64,000 nt of DNA from Podarcis tiliguerta (Eukaryota). Made by a program: the position numbers and the translations under genes. How positions within the stretch are numbered: the stretch's first letter is position 1; each line of letters opens with the position of its first letter. The stretch is from NCBI GenBank assembly GCA_965153285.1, contig OZ229120.1; one strand, given 5' to 3'. Below, piece after piece: positions 1 to 12,230 of this stretch. Under the pieces are notes generated by a model. It had not been told where the DNA came from, made no database searches, and was given only the letters and a program-made list of their open reading frames with translations.

Positions 1-1039
1 AATTGTATGGACTGGTGCCTTGATATGAAGGCTGTCCTTATGCCTCCTTTATTTGCATAATCATGGCAGCCCTTTTGGATGCACCACAATCACATATCAT
101 AGCAGCTGTGTGGACAGCCTTCATGTGAAGACTCTGGTTCATGCAATGGTATACTCACTGCATGAGTCTGACAGCAGCCCACATGATGTTTGCTTTCAAG
201 TGTGCTACTGACCAGACCTAAGCCATACGTATCCTATTAGGTGAAGAGGCCCACTGCATGCTCACGGTATCTTTGCATATGTGTTCAGCAGTCTGTGTGG
301 AGTCTTTATGAAGGAGTGGATTTGTTTTAGAATAAGTCCATCTTTTTATTTTACACAAAACAAGTTTTACTGGACTGAGTCATTAGTTCAGACATGCTCT
401 ATGCAGCTGTATGTTATGTCTGCCTTACTACCTGTTATTATCAGACTGAAGATCGTTTTAGAGCTACATGAGGGCAAATGCCTGCTTTACACTACAGCAA
501 TGAACCTCAGATCCCTGTTATGTGTGACCATATCATGCATGTGTTAGTGAACACACATTTTTGACATATTAAACATTTAATGTGTAAGTGGACATTTTAA
601 TAGAACTGCTAACCGTATGGTAACACTTAACAATATGTAGAGGACTAATCTGTATCCTCTAGCCTTATCATAAGCCTAGTATTACCAGGATCCCTGAATT
701 TTCAAACAACTGTTGGAATGTAGTGGCACTGAACAACAGGAATAAAGGCAACAGCCAGCTTGCTATGTGAATCAAAATGCTTCAGTGGACGTTTAAAATT
801 GCTATTCTATGAAACCTGCAACATATCCCCTAACATGCAAGGCATGCATAGGCTATTTGCAGTATATTTCTAAATTATGTCTAATGTGACCCTAAGACTA
901 CGGAGAAAGAGAAAAATACAAAAGGGTTTACTAAAAGCAAAAATTCTAATTGGAAAGAAATCAGCAGTAGAATATCCCTGTGACCATTCTTAGGCTGAAG
1001 TTTATTCAGTATTTTTATTAGTAATAGAAAGAGAAGTAG

Positions 1040-1620
1040 GGGTGTTTTGATTAAATTTGCAGCTGATACTGAGCGAGGAGGCAGTGTCAATACAAGGAAG
1101 GATCAGGAAATTATGCAGACTGAAATAGATGATCTCATGAACTGGTGTAATAATAAAAATACAAGAAAATTCAATATGTGTAAGGTCATGCATTTGGGAC
1201 TGTGGGCTCATCAAGTAGGAACAACTGGGGAAGAAAGAGATTTCAAGATACTGGGTGGTCACAGGGTGAAAGTGAACTACCAATGTGATGCTGATGCAAA
1301 GAGGAAAAAGTAAATTCTACAAGCTTATAAGGCAAAGTCTGTTCTTGGATTTATTAGGGTAGGAAACTTTTGTATGAACAAAAGAATTATTGGTACCCTC
1401 GTACTAGGTGCTGATAAGACCACATCTGGAAAAATGCTTCATGTTGGTTACCCATTTAAATAAAAAATGTTCAAAATGGAATCCATGCAAAAAGCAATCA
1501 GGTTGGTTAAGTAAAATGTATTTTCTGAGTAGATGTTTCAAAGGTTTTGCCCCTTTAGCTTATAAAAAGGAGACTGGGAAGTGATATGACAGCACTATAC
1601 AAATTTTGCTAGAGGAAGTA
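1040..1620 (+). mobile_element. Degenerate CR1 LINE fragment (ORF2 reverse-transcriptase C-terminal region)
   Basis: Translation gives IKFAADT (FADDT motif) ...IDDLMNW...KFNMCKVMHLG. Remnants of RPHLE (~1417-1432) and FSL-KRRL-DM-LYK (~1554-1603) follow. Stops and frameshifts are present. Boundaries are approximate. Confidence 0.85.
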
Positions 1621-2078
1621 GTACAGAAAGGGAGATGAATTTAGGCTTTAAAAACCAGGCATATAACATCGCTGGCTACATATTTGAAATAAGCTTTTGT
1701 AAAAAATACAGGTCTCAACCCATGAAATAGTGTAGAACATACGGTAAGTTCACTTGGATTCATGATAGGGCCACCACACTTCATATGGCAGCCATGCCTT
1801 TAGTGTAACCACTGAATTTCCTCGTGTTTAAAGAGGGCTTGAAAAAAAATTTTTTAAAGGTTTCAGAAAATAACAAAGATAGGAAGCCCAAGATCCAGCA
1901 TACCTGTCTGCAGATTATCTATACCACATATCATATTCATTGTCTAGCAGGTAATATTCTGAGAATCTCCTATTCCCTTTCTTGTAAATCTATGGTGAAG
2001 ATTCACGTCACCAGTAAATGCACAAGTTGATTTCTGTGCCAGCACCTGAAATTAGACATTTTCTGCAAGAAGCCAACA

Positions 2079-2160
2079 ATGTTGTTGGACTACAACTCCC
2101 ATCATCCATTAACACTGGTCATGCTGGCAGGGGCTTATAGCAATTGTAATCCAACAACAT
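2079..2160. mobile_element. Short palindromic MITE-like repeat of a type common in lizards
   Basis: Inverted arms atgttgttggactacaa / ttgtaatccaacaacat surround an actcccatcatcc core. Confidence 0.6.
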
Positions 2161-4057
2161 CTACAGATATGTCCCTGTCAGTTGTTGTTGTTGTTCCTAG
2201 TCCAATGCATCCAACTGAACTGAATTTAGTTGGATTGGCATCACCTGAAATAATTGAAAATTTCAAGCATCATCAGGTCCTTGGAGAAATATTTTGACAT
2301 TACCACTGTAGCGTATCAACCTAGGTATGTTATCTGCAGATGAAGATTTGTATTGAAATCTTCTTTTCTGCACAGCAGGACAAGCTTTTGTTTTACATAG
2401 CTTGTATATTCCACAACAGGGGCTCATTGTCCTACAGAAACTTGTAAACTCTGCGGAAGGAGCACTTTGTCCTGCACAGTAGGCAAACACCTACTCAGGC
2501 AATCTCCAGGTGTAAATTACAGCATCTCTAATCTCAGTGCCCTATACCAAAAGAGACTAATACTCAGAAGAGGAGTTTGGGGAGTTTCTGGAAGCAGCAG
2601 CAGCAACAAAATAATTTAAATTGAATTTCTGCCCCTGTCATGGAAAAGGCCAGAAATGTTTAATAATAGTGGTAGTAGTAGTAGTAGTAATAATAATAAT
2701 AATATAAAGTGCAGCTGTTTATTATTTTGCACATTCACTAGTGATAGCAGTTTTCTGGAAATATAAAACTCAATCATACTTAGCTTTCTTCCTGCTTAAG
2801 GTTAGAATCTAGTACACACTTCTTGTAGAGTAAGCCCCACTGAAATCTAAATAAACATGCAAAGAATTGCACTGTAGATGTCTAACATCTCAGTATTTCC
2901 CCCCACTCCTATTAATGCTTATTTTGCTTTCCATTTTGTAGATATTTTCCTAATTTAACATTAACACATTTATTTACTATTCCAGGTTGTTAATGATGTT
3001 TTTAAAACATGAGCCTAATACTTTGCCCAATCCCACTGAAGTTAATTGCATATTTTCAACTGTCTTCAGAATAGTCATGATTTTACTCTGGAATCCTAGG
3101 CCTAAACATGAACTCTAGCTTGTCCGCCTATGTCATTGATATAATCTCATAAATTGTTCTACAGACAATGGCCAGTTTAGGAGCATCCAAATGATGCACG
3201 ATCAAACTGGGAAGTAGCCCCCAAATGTCATAGAGATGTCACGAAAAGGGGAAGACAGAATGGGGCAGAGTGGAGCGGATTGTATTGTATTAAAACTATC
3301 CTATTCAGTCACACAGTAAATCTAAGACAAGCACTTGGTGATATGATTTATTCCCAGTTGTTGAGAGAATATTTGTAAGATGTTACAGTTGGCCCAACAC
3401 ACCTGCAGAGCCATTTTAATCATCATCATCACCTCCCCAAAGAAGCATAGGCAAGTAATGCTTAGAAATACTTCTGTGTGTACAACATTTTCTGAATTAT
3501 TCCCTTCACATGCAAAAAGAGGCTAAAATCTAACACTTTCAATATTCAGAATGGCATGCACTGTCCTGCTGGACACACCATGCAAGAGAGTCAGCATCCC
3601 ATGTGATTTATTCACCTTCTTTCCCCATCAGCTTGTACAGTTCTGCCAGACCAAGGCAAGAAGAACCTTGCATGCATTCTAGTGCTGCACGCGAGGTTCT
3701 CTGGATTGGGATCACTGCATATGACCTTCTAATTCTAGAAATGTTGCTTCTGCCCCTAGTTATCTAGCTCTGCCTGGATACAAACGGGAGGTAATGGAAA
3801 CTTCTCAACCCACTAGGTTAATAATACTGCAGTTCTTTGTGCATATCTCCAGGAAAACCATTACTATACTGGACAAACAGAAAATCATCCATGTTACTGC
3901 CTAGACATTTAGTAATTCAGTGTGATATAATTATTGACATGTCTATTTCTATTTATTCCTAAATTTCTCATTACCTTGTACGTATGTGTGGATTTTTCCC
4001 TTTTAAGAATACCATTATTATTTTCTCTGAATTGCAGTCAAATTTGCCACAAGTGAT

Positions 4058-4116
4058 TTCTTCTTCTTCTCCTTCTTCTTCTTCTTCTTCTTCTTCTTCT
4101 TCTTCTTCTTCTTCCT
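4058..4116. repeat. (TTC)n microsatellite
   Basis: Seen directly; source of the poly-E ORF 3971-4216. Confidence 0.95.
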
Positions 4117-5101
4117 CGTAATACAGTAGTTGCTTCCCACCCACACCAGTGCTCTGGCATCTTCCTGATTTTGCATGAGTTTTCAGAAATAATTGCCAGT
4201 AGTTCAGCAAATTCATTAACTAATTCCCTTACGACTCTGTGATGCTTGTCATCCAGACCTGCTGATTTGTATATTATTATTTTCTAAGTATTCCCACATC
4301 TGTGTATTTTTTTTTTCTAATCCAACAGTTATATTGACAAGGTCTCCATTGTTCATCAGTACTACTTTTCTGTATTTTTAGACTGATATTAAAACTATCT
4401 ACTATCTTACCCCTTTTAGACAAATTAAATCATTCATTAGTAGATCCACTTTGTGTTTACTATTTTTCACTTAGTATTTTTAAAATTATTGCTTCCTTTG
4501 GCTAGCATGGATCCATTTTGCATTTCTTCTACCTTCATCTTTAAATTGCCTCAGATTTTAAAATGGCTGCCTTGCAAACTAATGATTTCCAAAGCAGTTA
4601 TTTTCTACCCTCATATATTGAAACAGTCCCCTGTGAAACTACATGAGCTCTTCATGTTCAGTGCTTCTGGTACAATTGAAAAATCTTAAGGGTAGCAAGA
4701 TTCTAGGTTGTTCTTACCTTCTCCCACTCATTGATTTTAATACACCCTCTCATTACACCATACTTCTCAGATTGCTTAAATCCCATAAGGTTTATTTCTT
4801 GAAGTTGTTTTTGTGGTTTTATTCTGTTGCATTGCTCAGTGTGGCTGCACTGAATTTGAATAGTTTTTATTCACTTGGTACAAATATTTCATATTTCAGC
4901 CTCCAGTTTTGTCCTTCGGCAAAGAACTTATACTAATAGCTGCCTCTCCCAATGATTTCATTCAGTTCAGCCATGTGGTAATCAATGACTTTGATCATAG
5001 ACATCTAGCTACATTTTGTCAACCAAGCATTTCATGAAGTTCCTATATATATATAAAAAGGCTAGATAGGAATTAGGAAACCTCAATTAGCTATTGCCTT
5101 A

Positions 5102-5179
5102 GGCTGCAATCCTAACTCCACTTACTAGGAGTAAGCCTCTCTGAGTAAGACTTACTCCTGAGTAGACATGCTTGGGATT
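5102..5179. mobile_element. Copy of a short hairpin repeat family (ggctgcaatcct...cttac...gtaag...ggatt)
   Basis: Terminal caatcc / ggatt inverted motifs with internal cttact / agtaag. Related copies at about 2800, 13455, 16177, 34157, 58422 and 59022. Confidence 0.55.
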
Positions 5180-8100
5180 AAATTTTTTGTTACCATAATT
5201 TTTCATAAGAAAAAAGAATGGAGGGCACTGCCAAAACTAGCCAAAAAAAGCAAAGAGAGGAGGTGAGACTCCAGAGTCCAGCAGGTGCCAGAACAGAGGA
5301 CTTTTTGTAAATGAAGTTTTTATGAGTTTGCTCCTCAGGGACAGCAGTGAAATTCTTCTATATCAAAAAGATGCTTTTGAAGCAATTTCGTTGTCGAAGC
5401 TTCATGTCCCTAGAAATGTGCTGTTGAAGTCCAGTGTCTTCTTAATTTTACATTAGCTGAAAAGTGGATTGGATAGCCATATACAGGTGCACTGTAATTT
5501 GATTTCCTGGTTCCTGATCCCAGAAATAACACATGCCAAAAGAATCCTGCTTTCCTACATTGAGTCCCTAACTAATATTAGTAGCAGAGCCATGGGGGGC
5601 AGATAAAATGTTCTTCTCGTTCCTCTTCCTTTGTCCCTCCGTGGATATTTTTTTATGTCCCATGCAAAATTCTGTGTAGAAAATGGACTGCACTTGTATT
5701 CCTATCCAAAGTTTACTATCTGGTTCACTGTGATTTTGATCAATATTTTAACACATTACTTTATTCTCTTTATTGTGAGAATAAATAATATTGTGCAAAT
5801 ATTTCATTTACCATGAAATGACTTATGCCTATTATTTCCTGCTACTATTTGGATACATATATTTGCCTCCTGCTCATTTCCATTTGGCAAAATTGTTATA
5901 TAATGAGAAAATCAGATCAATGGAACATTCCATGGATGGTGGCCATAATGTTTTACTGTGAAATCCTGGAAAGATGTGCTACTCTTTTTTTCCTCTCTCT
6001 CTCTGATAGTTAACCATGAATATCTATGAGCAAAATGTGACATCTCAAATGTTATGAAGGGTCAGCATTTATACTTGACAACATGAGAGGACTAAGATTT
6101 TAGAGCAATCCTAGTCAAGCAACAGATCATCATAATTGTAGAAACTAAAAAGTCATTGTAGCGATTGTACCACAAGGGAAATTGTTCATCCATCAGTAAG
6201 ATTGTTACAAGGTAAGAGACAATGAGGAAAGGGAGTTAAAATTGCTTTAGCCCATTGAGTCATCAGTTCCCTCTAGATTCAAAAGCCTGAATTGGTTTTG
6301 GAGAGAAGTGGCATAAGAGGATTGCTACGGGAAATCTTAACAAGTTGATCATAGTCTCAGTAACACTAGCAAGTGTAAGTATGATCTCTCCTAAGGAAAA
6401 GTGTAGGTTACATATTGAAGGAGAGAGAAAAGGATGGGAGTACAATTAGCACATGTCTTCTCTCACTTTTTTTTGGTCATGTGTATTTGGAAGATGGCTG
6501 TTCACAAAGGAAAACAGATGTAATAAATAGTGAAACATTCCCATCACTCTGCAAGTAATTTATTGTAAATGTAGGCCTATATTTACAAATGAATGTATAC
6601 TGGCTTATGAGAGAGAGATCAGTGGCAATATAAAGGGATAAATGTTAGTTGTACTATGGATGTGGAAGATGTGGAAAATATTTGTGCAGAGTAGCATCCT
6701 ACAGTACTAATATGTAAGATTAAAAATTGTGAATGGAGATTATTGACTACCTTTGTGTTCTGCTTAAACGCAATTAGAAGTGGGGACAATAATGTAATTG
6801 TGGCTACCTGTTTAAGAGAGCGTATAAAGTGGCCAATTGTCCTTTTGCAATTTTAGTCTATTTGCTAAAACTTACAAGATATGTGCGCCAGATTTATCTG
6901 TGGGCAGGTGAGATATCTTTGAAAAAGTGCTATCTATCTTTTTCTTTGTGTTACAAGGAATTCTTTGTGCCCGTAAAGTCCCCAGGATGTTTGCTGTGAT
7001 ACAAAGCCCTTTGTTTTAAAGGTGCTTGTATGTGATGGTTAATGCATTTTATAAAAGGCATCTGTGGAAGTGATATCCTTCTTTGAAGTGACCTGCCTTA
7101 AGTGTTAAGAGTGTAGGGGAATATATGTGCAAATTAGATTTGAAAAGCAAACCTCTGTGGTGGGATGTATATGCACTGTAGAAGGGTCTTTGTGTAATAG
7201 TTGCCTCTGGAAAGGGATCTCTTTATGGGAGTAGTAAGAATGTTGGTTTTGTAAGGGAAGTGGCTTTGCAACTGTATGCTAGTATTACTACCATTGGTAT
7301 GATCCAGCAGGGACTCAGAATATATATTTTTTGTATCACTCCCATCCCAGAGACACCCAACCACCCATCAGGAAAGCTCTCCTTCAGGGTAGGCCAGGGC
7401 CATCATGTCCTTTATTGTTGTAACTCCCANNNNNNNNNNNNNNNNNNNNNNNNNNNNNNNNNNNNNNNNNNNNNNNNNNNNNNNNNNNNNNNNNNNNNNN
7501 NNNNNNNNNNNNNNNNNNNNNNNNNNNNNNNNNNNNNNNNNNNNNNNNNNNNNNNNNNNNNNNNNNNNNNNNNNNNNNNNNNNNNNNNNNNNNNNNNNNN
7601 NCCTGGGATCTGGAGGCTTCCCAGCAGCATCTCTGCATAATTGTGTTATATAGGAAGGGCTCTGAACTCTTTCAGGGCATCTGGTTGCTGGGTATTGGGG
7701 GGGATTATTAAATGCTGTTACTGTTTGGTTTATGAAAGAAACATGCAGGGGAGTAAAAGGTTTTGGGACTCCTTAGCCAATCAGTGTGAGAGAGGAAAAG
7801 CATATGTCAAGAACAATGATCCCAGATCCACCTCACTTTTCCAGAATACAGATTTATGGTGCTACAACATATATATATATATATATAAGTATTAATCATA
7901 ATAGATTTAATCTGTGTTTTTGCAGGTGTGGGAGGCCATCACCATAACCACATACATTTGGTTTATTGAAAGAGAGGCTTTATCTAAGTGGATATGAGTG
8001 TTTTAAGCAGAAAAAAGTTGTTTCTCGGTCTGTTCACTTGATTCTTGCTTGTAGAAGAGTGAAATGCCTGGCCATACAGGAAAGTGTACCTAATTAAGCA

Positions 8101-8899
8101 GCTGTCTTTTGGGAACAAGAAACACTGGAGAAAAGAAGTTACGGTACTACTTCTGTTTGAAAGGCACCCCAGCTTTCCTAAAACAAGGTCACATATATTG
8201 CTGCCTGAGAGTGCCTTGCTAATCAAGCCACTTAAGTGTTCAGCTTCCCAAGGTTCTGTTCCATCAAAAATTGGGAATATAAACATAATAGGATGATCAG
8301 ACTGCCTACATCCTTACTCTTTGCAGGCAAGATTTTTGCATGTTCAGCTTGTCGAGGATCTGCATCTGCCAAAATATCTGTTACTATGTAACTGTTGCAG
8401 GTATAGGAGAGTCTCTGCACCTGCCCCTAGTAGTTTAGGATATTAGATTTGGACCAATGAGGCATGTATCCACTAAGTCTCCCATGTTTTCTCTTAAGTT
8501 TATTTCAGAACTATTAGGTTTCAGACCTGATTTCCTCTCTATAAAATGTGAATAACTGTGTAGGTTTGTTGTAAGGGCAGTATCTTGAACTTTAAAACAA
8601 ATGAAAATGAAAATAATTAATCCCATTGGGAATGATCTAAATGGTTGGTGGAGAAAAGAGGCAGACAGGATACTTAGTACCAAACCGGAATCCTACCACC
8701 TTTTCAGTGAGAGCCCTTTTCCTGTCTTAAGGCTGCTTAATAACTCCTTTCCCCTCCCTGGGGCTTAATTTGAGTCAAGAGTTCAGAAGCTCTTTTCAGT
8801 GCCAAGCTGCAGGCCTGGTGAAGCAGGGGAAGGCAGTGCCCCCTTAGCATGTGCAGAATGCTCCTCTCGCAGTTGTGAGTTGCCACAATCAGCCTTGGC

Positions 8900-9900
8900 A
8901 CGGGCAGCCTGGATGAGAGGGCAGGCCTTGCGGGCTGCCAGGCTTCAGAAAACCCCTCTCCCGTGCCCTGACGGAGAGCCTAACCTTTCACAGCCCCAGG
9001 CCTGGCTGCGCACTTACGCAGAACAAGCAAGGCCCCCTTGATGCCAGGGGCATGCCCTCCCGGGTCAGGGTGCGCAGGATTTCAGCCTGGGTGCCCTTTG
9101 GCCAAGAAGGGGGGATCCGGGAGGGCGGGGGCTGCCTGCGCGCCTGGCGACGCTGCTCTGGCCGCCGCCTGCCTCCCGCTCCTCAACTTGACCCCTGTGG
9201 CTCGCTGTCGTCGGGGGGCGGAGTGTCCTCCTCCCCCTCCTCCCTTCCCTCCGCCCGAGTCGCAGGCAGTGACGCTGTGCTTCTCCTTCCTTGTGTGTTG
9301 CAGGCACGGAGCGGCACGAGCTGACCTCGTGGAAGAGCTACGCGTCGATCTTCCGCTTCTTCGGCGACGCCATGGAGGCGAAGAGCAGCTCGGGCAAAGC
9401 GGCTCCGACGCGCCGCTCGCAGCGGATCCGCTACGAGGAGCTGTAACCGGGCGGGAGGCGGGTGGGCGGGCGGGAGCCGGCGCCTGCTTGCCTGCCTGCC
9501 TGCCTTCCCGCCTGCGCGTCTGGGCGGCGGCGCTCGGCAGTCCCAGCCCCTCATTAGATTGTTTTCTTCCTAGAGCACAGGGTCGCCGTGTCTACATCTA
9601 AGTAGCGTTTTGCATTATTTCTAGATGAGTGCAACTGTCAAAGCAATATGGGTTCACTGGTTGTGCTTCCTGTGGGCTGCGGCGGGGATTTCGGGCTGCC
9701 CATCAGTGCGCAGATTAAGGCTGACAGCAGCACCGCACCGCGCAGCCTGGTGCAGCTCTAATTGCCCTGACAGAGCCCGGCACCGAGCTGATGGCGGGCG
9801 GACGCGGCGCCTCCCGGGTCCTAGCGCCCTGCCCTTTCCTCGCCCCTCCCCGCCGTCGGAGCTCACATTTAGTTCTCCTTGATTTTAATGGTGGACTTCC
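8900..9900. promoter_or_regulatory. CpG island over the FAM172A terminal exon
   Basis: Abruptly GC-rich and CpG-dense compared with 1-8800. Judged by eye, not computed. Confidence 0.7.
9304..9446 (+). CDS. FAM172A: FAM172A (ARB2A) final coding exon; upstream exons lie outside the window
   Basis: Acceptor ttctccttccttgtgtgttgCAG| (AG = 9302-9303), phase 1. Translates (G)[46 protein letters not shown], with TAA at 9444-9446. This matches the recalled human C-terminus [47 protein letters not shown]. The convergent position relative to NR2F1 matches known synteny. Absent from the ORF track. Confidence 0.93.
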
Positions 9901-12230
9901 CAAGTCTCGCTAACCAAGGTCCCGCCCACGCGTTAGGCTCTTTAATGATTTCCCGCAAACGCTTTGGGCGGTGTTTTTTAAAATAATAATAATAATAAAA
10001 TGCTTTCGTGCTTTTTAAATTCAGGGGCTCTAATAAACTGTATTGACACAATGGTAGCGATCCTAAGCCCTGCACGTCTATGAGACTTACCTGTCGCGTC
10101 AATGTGTTTAGGATGCGCGTGTAACTCCAGCAATGGCTATTTTACTCTTTCTACTTCAGGCTGCGGAGAGGCTGTGCCACCCAAACTGAAACCATACATT
10201 TAATCAGTGGGTGCTTTGTTTGGTGTTTATTAATGAGGAAGACTTGAGCGACTTCAGCAAATCTGAACATGGAAAGAGGACTTAATTTTACTTCCAAATG
10301 CGCCAAAACTACCGAGCGCTCTTTGCTTGTGTGGTTCCTAGGGAGTTTGCTGAGTCATTTAAAAAAAAACCTAAAAGGATGTTTTAGCGACAAATGTAAT
10401 ATAGAGCAAATGATACCAGTATTTAAAATGTTGCTTCTAATACTTGGTTGAAACGTTTATTTTTTATTCTAACAGAATCTCTATTTTGTGACAAATCAGA
10501 TAGCGAAGAACTTTTTTAAAGATCCTGGGCGCTCCCAGGACGCCGCCTCTCCGCCCTGGCCTCCCGGTTCGAGGCCGGGGCAGCAGAGTTTTCCATTCCT
10601 TGCTGAAACAGGGTCCGCCTTTGCCGGGAGGGGCGATTTCCCCCCTCCCTGCCGAAAGATCTTTTTTCTCACTCAATCTGTTGAACTCCTGAAGCCAGTT
10701 TCGTTTTACCTTCACCGTCTGGTGACACTGTGAAATATTAATAGCAAAAAAGAAAGAAAGAAAAGAAGCATGTATTACTGACGTTGCTAATCACTTTTGT
10801 TATAAGCAAGAGGACGTCGTTTTTACATTCCTTAAATTCCTCATGGCTTTCAATGAGTCCTGACTATAATTCCACGCGGACCTAAAAGTCCATCTGTTGT
10901 CACCGAGTGTTTCCAGTTACCATGATGCTCAAATAGGGTCTGCCTTCCACCCAAAACCGCAAATTCTCGGGCTTCTAAGCTCCAAATTCGTGGCCAGTGT
11001 GGATAAAAGGAGTGGGGTCCCTATGGGCCTCATCTCACACCCCCCAAAGCTCTACCCGACCCGGACTCCAAGCCTGGGGCTCCCTCTCCACGTTCTCTGG
11101 CAGGCCACGAGGCTCCGCTGACTGCCGGGAGTGGCTGCCCTGCGCGCGGCTTGCGCAGAGGGATCCCCAGCGGACGGCGACCCGGCCTCTTCCAGAGCAG
11201 CAGCGCCTGGCTGGTGCTCGAGTAGGCGCGCCGGGACACCAAGGAGCGTTTGAACTTTTCCTGGCCTCCCCTCTCAGATGTTACCCGAGCGAAAGAGGGG
11301 GTCACATTTCATCTCATGCATGCATTCAGTGGCTGGGCGATTTCGTTAGATACCACCACCAGCTCGTTTGAAAGGGAAGCTTTTGGGATTTCAGAACAGA
11401 CGTGTTGGCTCACGTCTTTGAAAGCGCTGCTGTTAAGATTATCCCAAAGGGCGCAATTCGGGTTAAGGGGCCCTGTCGGTGCAAAGTGGAGACACACACA
11501 CACACGGGCTTTCCCTTCCATCGGAAACCTGCCAGCGCCATCTCTCTGGGGGCAGATTCAAAGCCAGAGTCAAGTGGCTCCAAGTGCAGAGGTGAAGGTG
11601 GCCTGTCTCGGCGCGTCCGCTTCCTCGCCTGACCTCTTCTGCTCTGTGAAGGGGTGACCTTTCAGACTGGCAAGTTGCACACCTACTCTTCTGCGCAGGG
11701 AAAATGATCGAGCCATAGCCGGGCAGGCTTGCGGCAGGAATAGTCTCCTGGTCGCTTCCCTGGTGACCATCTCCCCCACCTGATGGTCCCGGTCTCCTGT
11801 TTCCCCTTTCACTGGAACTGCTCCGCTCTCTCTCACCCGCCTGGGCTCACCTTAGCGTCAGCTTCAGGGTGGTAGACGGTCGACCTGGTCTTTTTTACTA
11901 TCCATGCTTTTTCTTTCCTTAGCTGTGATCTTGTGGTCTTTTCCCACAGCAACCCTTAGACCTTACTCTGTCTTTTGTGAAAGCCTCTGGGGCTCTGCAA
12001 AGTGCCAAATCTCACCAAATGAGTTTTTTTCCTCCTCCAAAGTGTCACGGTTAAGGTTTCTACTCCTTCCGGTGTGGTCCCACCAGCCCCTTGCTCTGTA
12101 TCTCGTGCCGTTGCCTGGGTTGTGTTCTCGCTGCTTCTGGACCCAACTGTAAAGCACACAGGGAGCTGTTAAAAGGGTTGTCTCTTTCTGTTTACACTGA
12201 ACCAATAAAAAAATGGTTTCTCTTTTAAGA
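9447..12230 (+). other. FAM172A: Probable FAM172A 3'UTR with proximal and distal polyadenylation signals
   Basis: Follows the stop codon. AATAAA occurs at 9994-9999, 10032-10037 and 12204-12209, the last followed by U-rich sequence. The true 3' end is inferred, not observed. Confidence 0.5.

Larger units (their letters stand above)
1..9303 (+). other. FAM172A: 3' part of the last intron of FAM172A
   Basis: Lies upstream of the terminal-exon acceptor. AT-rich, CpG-poor and repeat-containing. I found no match to the penultimate exon (NCCNWVSS...PRVSA) in this interval. Confidence 0.7.

Noticed and set aside
1252-1260. Perfect GLI motif TGGGTGGTC
   Set aside because: A single 9-mer inside a TE relic, compatible with chance in 64 kb.
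1047-1313. 88-aa ORF as a gene
   Set aside because: It is a decayed CR1 reverse-transcriptase fragment with the catalytic DD changed to AD.
9038-9601. 187-aa ORF across the CpG island
   Set aside because: Wrong frame. The real coding signal is the spliced FAM172A exon 9304-9446 in another frame.
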